Origin: Folioceros fuciformis
Taxonomy: Eukaryota
Assembly: GCA_049999805.1 (NCBI GenBank)
Contig: JBNGIO010006336.1
Location: 283,347-331,480, forward strand
Length of the DNA stretch: 48,134 nt
Direction of reading: 5' to 3'
Under the pieces are notes generated by a model. That model was not told the DNA's origin, did no database searches, and saw only the letters and a program-made list of their open reading frames with translations. Position 1 is the stretch's first letter. Every line of letters begins with the position of its first letter. Position numbers and translations under genes: made by a program. Below, one piece after another: positions 42,854 through 48,134 of this stretch.

Positions 42854-45800
42854 TCAGAGATGTTGCATCTCCATTTCAGGGTAGGATGCACTAGAACTAA
42901 ACTTCCATGAGGAGTGGGAACTTGAAGTACCAACATCACACCAAGCATTCCGTGGCTGATCCTTTCGGTGGGTATGATCCGATTGAGAGAAGCTCGAAGT
43001 GTCTGGGTCCCAGTGAAGACAAAGGGTTTGCAACTCGTTCCGAACCTCTTTCATTTCCGGACGACCTCGGGATCGGGGGGCCAAGCACCGCACAGCCAAA
43101 GCGGCCAAACTGGCTATCGATGCCCTCCCATCCGCTGAACTGTACGTGTCCGCCAACACAGGGTCGATGAGTTCTTGCCACTCCTCGCTGTCCACGGCAG
43201 ACAGTGCCAGGCTCGCCAAGGTGGTCACTTCATGCCCTCTCCCGAAAACAATGGCAGGCTTTGAAGAGATTAGTTCCATCAGCACAACTCCGAAGCTGTA
43301 CACATCGCTCCTGGGAGTCAGCTTCAACGTGGTGTAATACTCTGGATCAATGTAGCCCGCGGTGCCTTGAATTGCCACTGTGGAAACATGAGTAGCTGCC
43401 CTGCTGGGAGCCAGCTTGGAGATGCCGAAATCTGCCACCTTAGCATTGAAGCCGTCGTCGAGGAGAATGTTGCAAGACTTGATGTCGCGATGAATGATGG
43501 GATGGTCAGCAGCCGAATGAAGGTAGGCCAGAGCATCCGCAGTTTGTTGCGCTATGAGAAGGCGTTGCCTCCACGTGAGGGGAGAGAATCCTTGTATGGT
43601 TCCTTGAAGGTGCTCCTTGAGTGTGCCGTTGGGCACAAACTCGAAGACGAGGAGAGGAATTTTGTTCTCCATGGAACAGCCCAGCAGCTTCACCAAGTGT
43701 CTGTGACTCACTCCCGACAGAATCCTGACCTCGTTCAGAAACTGGGACTTGTACTGAGGGGAGCCTTCACGCTTGCCCTTCTTGATGGCCACCGGGGTGC
43801 CATCGGCCAGGTTGCCACCGTAGACTGTGCCGAAGCCGCCGGCCCCGATCTGGGCCGAGTCCGAGAAGTTGGAGGTAGCTTTGCGGAGTTCCCGAAGAGG
43901 CATCACCGTCACCGTTTCCCTGTCCAGCAAGGTGGCAATCAAGTCCGCATCTTGCTGGTGCTTTTTGGAATACACTCTCCATCTCCACACGGAGAACAAA
44001 CAACTGGCTGCGCAAACCAATAGGGCGGGAACAACCACAGCCACAAGCACCCACGGTTTGACGCCAGCAGCAGCTTTCGTCCTGCAAGGCGGAAGAGGGT
44101 CGCCGCAGAGGCCCGGATTGTCGGCGAAGAAGCTGGCATGACTGAGTTGCGGGCTCAGGCCACCTGGAATGGGTCCTGACAGATTGTTGCTCGACAGATT
44201 GATGATCCTCAGGTTAGGCAATGCAAAGAAAAGCGTACCAGGAATTTCGCCAGACAGGGAGTTGTGGCTGAGGTCCAAAACTTGGAGACCCAGAGGAAAG
44301 CTGTATGGGATGGGGCCGGACAGCTTGCTGTGAGATGCGTTGAAGTGCACCAGGCCGGGCATACCGGTGAAAAGCTCAGCCGGCATTGTTCCCTCCATGT
44401 TGGTGTAGCTCAGATCCAAGTCTTGGAGAGTGACGGGTAGCCGTGGAGGAATGGGGCCAGATAATCTGTTGTTGGACAAGTTGAGGAAGGTCAATCTGGG
44501 CATTGAAAGGTCGAACAGGTTGTCCGGCACTTTTCCGGTCAGGTTGCAAGATGCCAGATCCAAGATGTGCAAGGAGTCCAGACTGGTCCCGGTACAATTG
44601 AGGCCGTCCGGCAATGGTATACCCAAGAGATCGGTGCCCGCTAGCCGAAATTCGAGCAGTGCGGGTTGATTTTTGGAACATCTTTTCTCCAGCATACTCT
44701 GCAAGGGATTGGGGAACCTCTCGGAAGGTGTCATGATAAAATTGTTGTGGCTCAAGTCCCAAACTTCCCCAAAGAACGGGCCGTCCATCCGGAGCAAGTT
44801 GGTGAGGTCTCCAGTGAATTGGTTGCCTTGCAGTCGGACGCTGGTGGCGGATCGCGCTGAATCGGTGAGATGGCCAATCAAGTCACCAGACAAATGGTTG
44901 TTCTGAAGGCATAGATCTTTGAAGAAGAATTGGGGGCCGGGGAAGGAGAAAGGAAAAGTACCATTGAGCAGATTGTCACTCAGATCCAGACTATACCTTG
45001 TAGAGAATCCATGATACAAGAGGCTGCTCGAGGGATTCTCGGGTATGCTGCCCACCAGAGAATTTCTGGAGAGATTCACCATCTTCCCCCCAGGTGCAGC
45101 AGTATATAACAAAGAGGCAGGAATACTGCCAGTTAGCTCATTTCCAGAGAGATCCAACCATCCGCTATCATGAATCCGAAAGTCCGCAGGGATGGGCCCC
45201 GACAAGTTGTTGTGGGACAAGTCCAGGTGCATCAGATTTGGCAACGCCGACAAGAGAGGGCCATGCAGATGGTTCCGTGACAGGTCCAACTCCTTAAGAT
45301 TTGGAAAGTGGAGGCCTGAGAAATCCGGTACATTTCCCCTGAGTTGGTTCCGGGAAAGGTTCACCCGCTGTAGAGTAGATGTAGAATTCATGAGGAAGAA
45401 CGAGTCGGGGAAGTCTGTGAAATTGTTCAGGGCGGCATCCAGGGAGAGCAGAGCTGGGGCAGCGGGGACCTCCCCGCTAAGACTGTTGTTGGTGAGAGAG
45501 AAATGAGTCAGGCGTGTAAACCGTTCCAAATTGGGGACGCTTCCGTTCAACAGGTTGTGAGACAGATCAAGGCTCACGAGTTTGGTGAGGTTCATCAATT
45601 TCTCAGAGATGCCTCCTGAGAGGGCATTGTTAGAAAGAGACAAAACAACAAGATCCAAGGACTCCGCCAAGCTCGGGAAGGAATTCCGGTCTCCTCCATT
45701 ACTGCAGCCCCCATCCGAGTATAGGTATTGGAGGTGGGGTAGTGCGACCGAACTGAGAAGGCTGGGCGAGCACCAACTTCCGGACAAATCCAGCCACGTC

Positions 45801-46270
45801 AAGTCAAGCAACGAGAGTGAGAATTCAGCACAGGGATTGGAGGACAGGTCCACCTCTCGGAGGCTTGCTAGACCGCTCAACATGTTAAGCCTCCTTTCAC
45901 AAGCAAGATTGCAACTGGAAAAGTCGAGCCTGTGCACAGCAAAATCGGCATTGCAAGACACCCGAGGCCAACCACACGGGGTATCGTCTCTAGCATTCCA
46001 GCTTGCGACGTCCTCCTCGCACTTCCCCAGGTCATGAGTGGTGTTCTTCGCAAATTGCAACAAGAGCTGTGCATCGTCGGAGAGCTGGGCACGGACGTTG
46101 TATCCAAAACGGCATAACATCAAACTGCGCATCAAGAGTGCGACGCATATCCACAAGCTGAGGCCTGCATGCCTACCACCCCGGCCAGAACTGCAATAAT
46201 CAAGCCGCCCTACCCTAACCTGCGCATGCGTTGCTATAGCAATGCCCGTCATCCCTACTTCCAAAAGCAT
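42854..46270 (-). CDS. Intronless LRR receptor-like kinase with a WAK/WAKL-type RD kinase domain
   Basis: Signal-like segment, LRRNT (SWN...PCGWPRVSC), about 20 plant-type LxxLDLSxNxLSGxIP repeats with an island-like insert, C-cap FADNPGLCG, TM helix, and kinase GAGGFGTVY, VAIKK, HRDIKSCNILLD, DFG, GTAGYIDPEY. First ATG at 46270; the true start may lie downstream. Confidence 0.93.
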   Translation of the reverse strand: MLLEVGMTGIAIATHAQVRVGRLDYCSSGRGGRHAGLSLWICVALLMRSLMLCRFGYNVRAQLSDDAQLLLQFAKNTTHDLGKCEEDVASWNARDDTPCGWPRVSCNADFAVHRLDFSSCNLACERRLNMLSGLASLREVDLSSNPCAEFSLSLLDLTWLDLSGSWCSPSLLSSVALPHLQYLYSDGGCSNGGDRNSFPSLAESLDLVVLSLSNNALSGGISEKLMNLTKLVSLDLSHNLLNGSVPNLERFTRLTHFSLTNNSLSGEVPAAPALLSLDAALNNFTDFPDSFFLMNSTSTLQRVNLSRNQLRGNVPDFSGLHFPNLKELDLSRNHLHGPLLSALPNLMHLDLSHNNLSGPIPADFRIHDSGWLDLSGNELTGSIPASLLYTAAPGGKMVNLSRNSLVGSIPENPSSSLLYHGFSTRYSLDLSDNLLNGTFPFSFPGPQFFFKDLCLQNNHLSGDLIGHLTDSARSATSVRLQGNQFTGDLTNLLRMDGPFFGEVWDLSHNNFIMTPSERFPNPLQSMLEKRCSKNQPALLEFRLAGTDLLGIPLPDGLNCTGTSLDSLHILDLASCNLTGKVPDNLFDLSMPRLTFLNLSNNRLSGPIPPRLPVTLQDLDLSYTNMEGTMPAELFTGMPGLVHFNASHSKLSGPIPYSFPLGLQVLDLSHNSLSGEIPGTLFFALPNLRIINLSSNNLSGPIPGGLSPQLSHASFFADNPGLCGDPLPPCRTKAAAGVKPWVLVAVVVPALLVCAASCLFSVWRWRVYSKKHQQDADLIATLLDRETVTVMPLRELRKATSNFSDSAQIGAGGFGTVYGGNLADGTPVAIKKGKREGSPQYKSQFLNEVRILSGVSHRHLVKLLGCSMENKIPLLVFEFVPNGTLKEHLQGTIQGFSPLTWRQRLLIAQQTADALAYLHSAADHPIIHRDIKSCNILLDDGFNAKVADFGISKLAPSRAATHVSTVAIQGTAGYIDPEYYTTLKLTPRSDVYSFGVVLMELISSKPAIVFGRGHEVTTLASLALSAVDSEEWQELIDPVLADTYSSADGRASIASLAALAVRCLAPRSRGRPEMKEVRNELQTLCLHWDPDTSSFSQSDHTHRKDQPRNAWCDVGTSSSHSSWKFSSSASYPEMEMQHL

Positions 46271-46607
46271 GCAACCAACAAATTCTCTTGTGTCGAGCAA
46301 CTGCAATGAACCAAGGTTGAGGGCACCCGATCCGGTCCCTCACACACCTCATGCAATGAAAACTGAAGAGTAAAGATGAACTACAGACTTGCAGACTGTG
46401 GCAACCATCCCGAGGAAGTGGATCCCCCCGAGGGCGGGAGAAGACTTGTGTCAATTGTTCTTCTAAAAGACGCAGCCAGGCATCCACTTTCCAACCACCA
46501 CATGCTTCACGTCGAGGCCCTGAGCTGGAAGCAGCCAACGGAACGTCTTGTCTTGACGTCACCAGGAACTTATGAGGTCCCATTTTCGGATTCCCGACCA
46601 TCGGACC

Positions 46608-47772
46608 TGTAATACCATGTATAGTAGAATCTAATGAATAAGGGTCATCCCTAACTTTGCTTAGTGTGAAGGCTATATATATAGAGTCTACCTATGTGTG
46701 GGAGTGAAAGTAGTAAGCTTTGTGAGTAAACAGATTGAATCCGAGTAATGAGAGTTGAGCTTGGGATTTGCCCATGACTTTGTGTTTGTCTCCCTCCTCT
46801 CTTTTTTTCTGATAACGGGTAGATGCGCATAGACCGTGCTAGCTTTTAGGGATAGGCAAAGCTTCCTCTCACTCTCTTCTCCCGTTTTGCTTCCTTGACG
46901 CCTAGGCTGTCTCTCTTCTCCCGTTTTGCATCCTTGATAGGGTTGTTCTCTCTTCTCCGCTTTCCATCCTTGACAAGGCTGTGCTCTCTTCTCCCTCTTT
47001 CCATCCTTGATAGGGTTGTGCTCTCCTCTCCCTCTTTCCATCCTTGATAGGGTTGTGCTCTCCTGTCCCTCTTTCCATCCTTGATAGGGCTATTCTCTCT
47101 TCTCCCGCTTTCCATCCTTGACAAGGTTGTGCTCTTTTCTCCCTCTTTCCATCCTTGATAAGGCTATGCTCTCTTCTCCCGCTTTCCATCCTTAACAAGG
47201 CTATGCTCTCTTCTCCCACTTTCCATCCTTAACAGGGCTGTGCTCTCTTCTCCCGCTTTCCATCCTTGATAGGGCTGTGCTCTCTTCTTCCTCTTTCCAT
47301 CCTTGATAGGGTTGTGCTCTCTTCTCCCGCTTTCCATCCTTGACAAGGATATGCTTTCTTCTCCCGCTTTCCATCCTTGATAGGGATGTGCTCTCTTCTC
47401 TGGCTTTCCATCCTTGATAGGCCTGTTCTCTCTTCTTCAGCTTTCCATCCTGGACATGGCTGTGCTCTCTTCTCCGGCTTTCCATCCTTGATAGGCCTAT
47501 TCTCTCTTCTTCAGCTTTCTATCCTGGACATGGCTGTCCTCTCTTCTCCTGCTTTCCATCCTGGACATGGCTGTGCCCTCTTCTCCCTCTTTCCGTCCTT
47601 GACAAGGCTGTCCAACCCTACCCTACTCATAAAACAAATAAAAGGGGTAAAATAGTGGGACTGGGGAAAACAGAAACAACCATACGAAAGTAAATGCAGC
47701 GGTAACCGTACTAGCCATATGAAACAGGGACTAAAAAAACTCCGGGACATGGTCATGGCATGGGAGGTACTA
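46608..47772. mobile_element. LTR-like sequence (possible solo LTR) containing a tandem array
   Basis: Starts TGTAATACC; the other end reads GGTACTA(CA), an 8/9 inverted match. Contains CTATATATATAG near 46673-46684. No target-site duplication is visible within the window. Confidence 0.45.
46905..47610. repeat. 37-bp tandem repeat, about 19 copies
   Basis: Consensus approximately TTTCCATCCTTGATAGGGCTGTGCTCTCTTCTCCCGC. It generates the repetitive minus-strand ORFs in the track. Confidence 0.92.
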
Positions 47773-48134
47773 CAGTCGACCCTCTGTAAATGTGACCTTC
47801 CTAAATGTTATACCTCTATAAATGTTAGAGGTTTGGATACTCCCTAGTTGGAGAGTAAGGCTAAATGTTATATGTTACTTGTTTTATGAAAATAGACACT
47901 CCCAACCACTATAATCCAATTCTATAAATGTTATTATGCTTAAAATAGCATGGATAATATAGATATCTAACTTATCCAATCACAATGCAAGACTTGGATG
48001 GGCACAAAGCAAGAAAAGGAGTAGGGAGTAAGGGGGCCCAAAGCAAGGGTGGAAGGAGAGAGCAAGGAGCAAGAAGAAGCAAGGGAGGAAGGGTGGAAGG
48101 AGAGAGCAAGCAGCAAGAAGAAACAAGGGAGGAA
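47773..48134. mobile_element. Left end of a pogo/Tc1-mariner-like element or MITE, truncated by the window
   Basis: TA|CAGTCGACCCTCTGTAAATGT followed by repeated (CTCTA)TAAATGTTA motifs, resembling recalled plant pogo-type TIRs (TA|CAGTAAAACCTCTATAAAT). Confidence 0.55.

Noticed and set aside
46688-47485. Repetitive minus-strand ORFs (MESGRREH...)
   Set aside because: They are translation products of the 37-bp tandem array.

Overview
Gene-dense eukaryotic nuclear DNA from a land plant. Short (~80-130 nt) introns, moderate-to-high GC exons and the gene content suggest a seed-free plant such as a hornwort or other bryophyte; this is an inference. Left to right: 3' end of an MscS-like channel; MED30 head-to-head with a SOSS-B/SSB1 OB-fold gene; AWPM-19; a multi-exon ABCC13-type transporter with a U12-type AT-AC intron and a GC-AG intron; repeats; an orphan ORF; an animal-PepT1-like peptide transporter; a stearoyl-ACP desaturase split by a spurious N-gap; two tandem SPT5 genes; decayed Harbinger and MULE transposons; an intronless LRR receptor kinase with a WAK-type kinase domain; and an LTR-like repeat block abutting a pogo-like end. 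The best finding is an RNA that the ORF track cannot show. The same long intron of both SPT5 copies holds a ~180-200 nt box C/D RNA with a polypyrimidine-looped hairpin. Its D-box guide pairs with the anticodon and first intron bases of plant pre-tRNA-Met(e), and the D+5 rule predicts 2'-O-methylation of wobble C34. All homology calls are from recalled sequences, not database searches.
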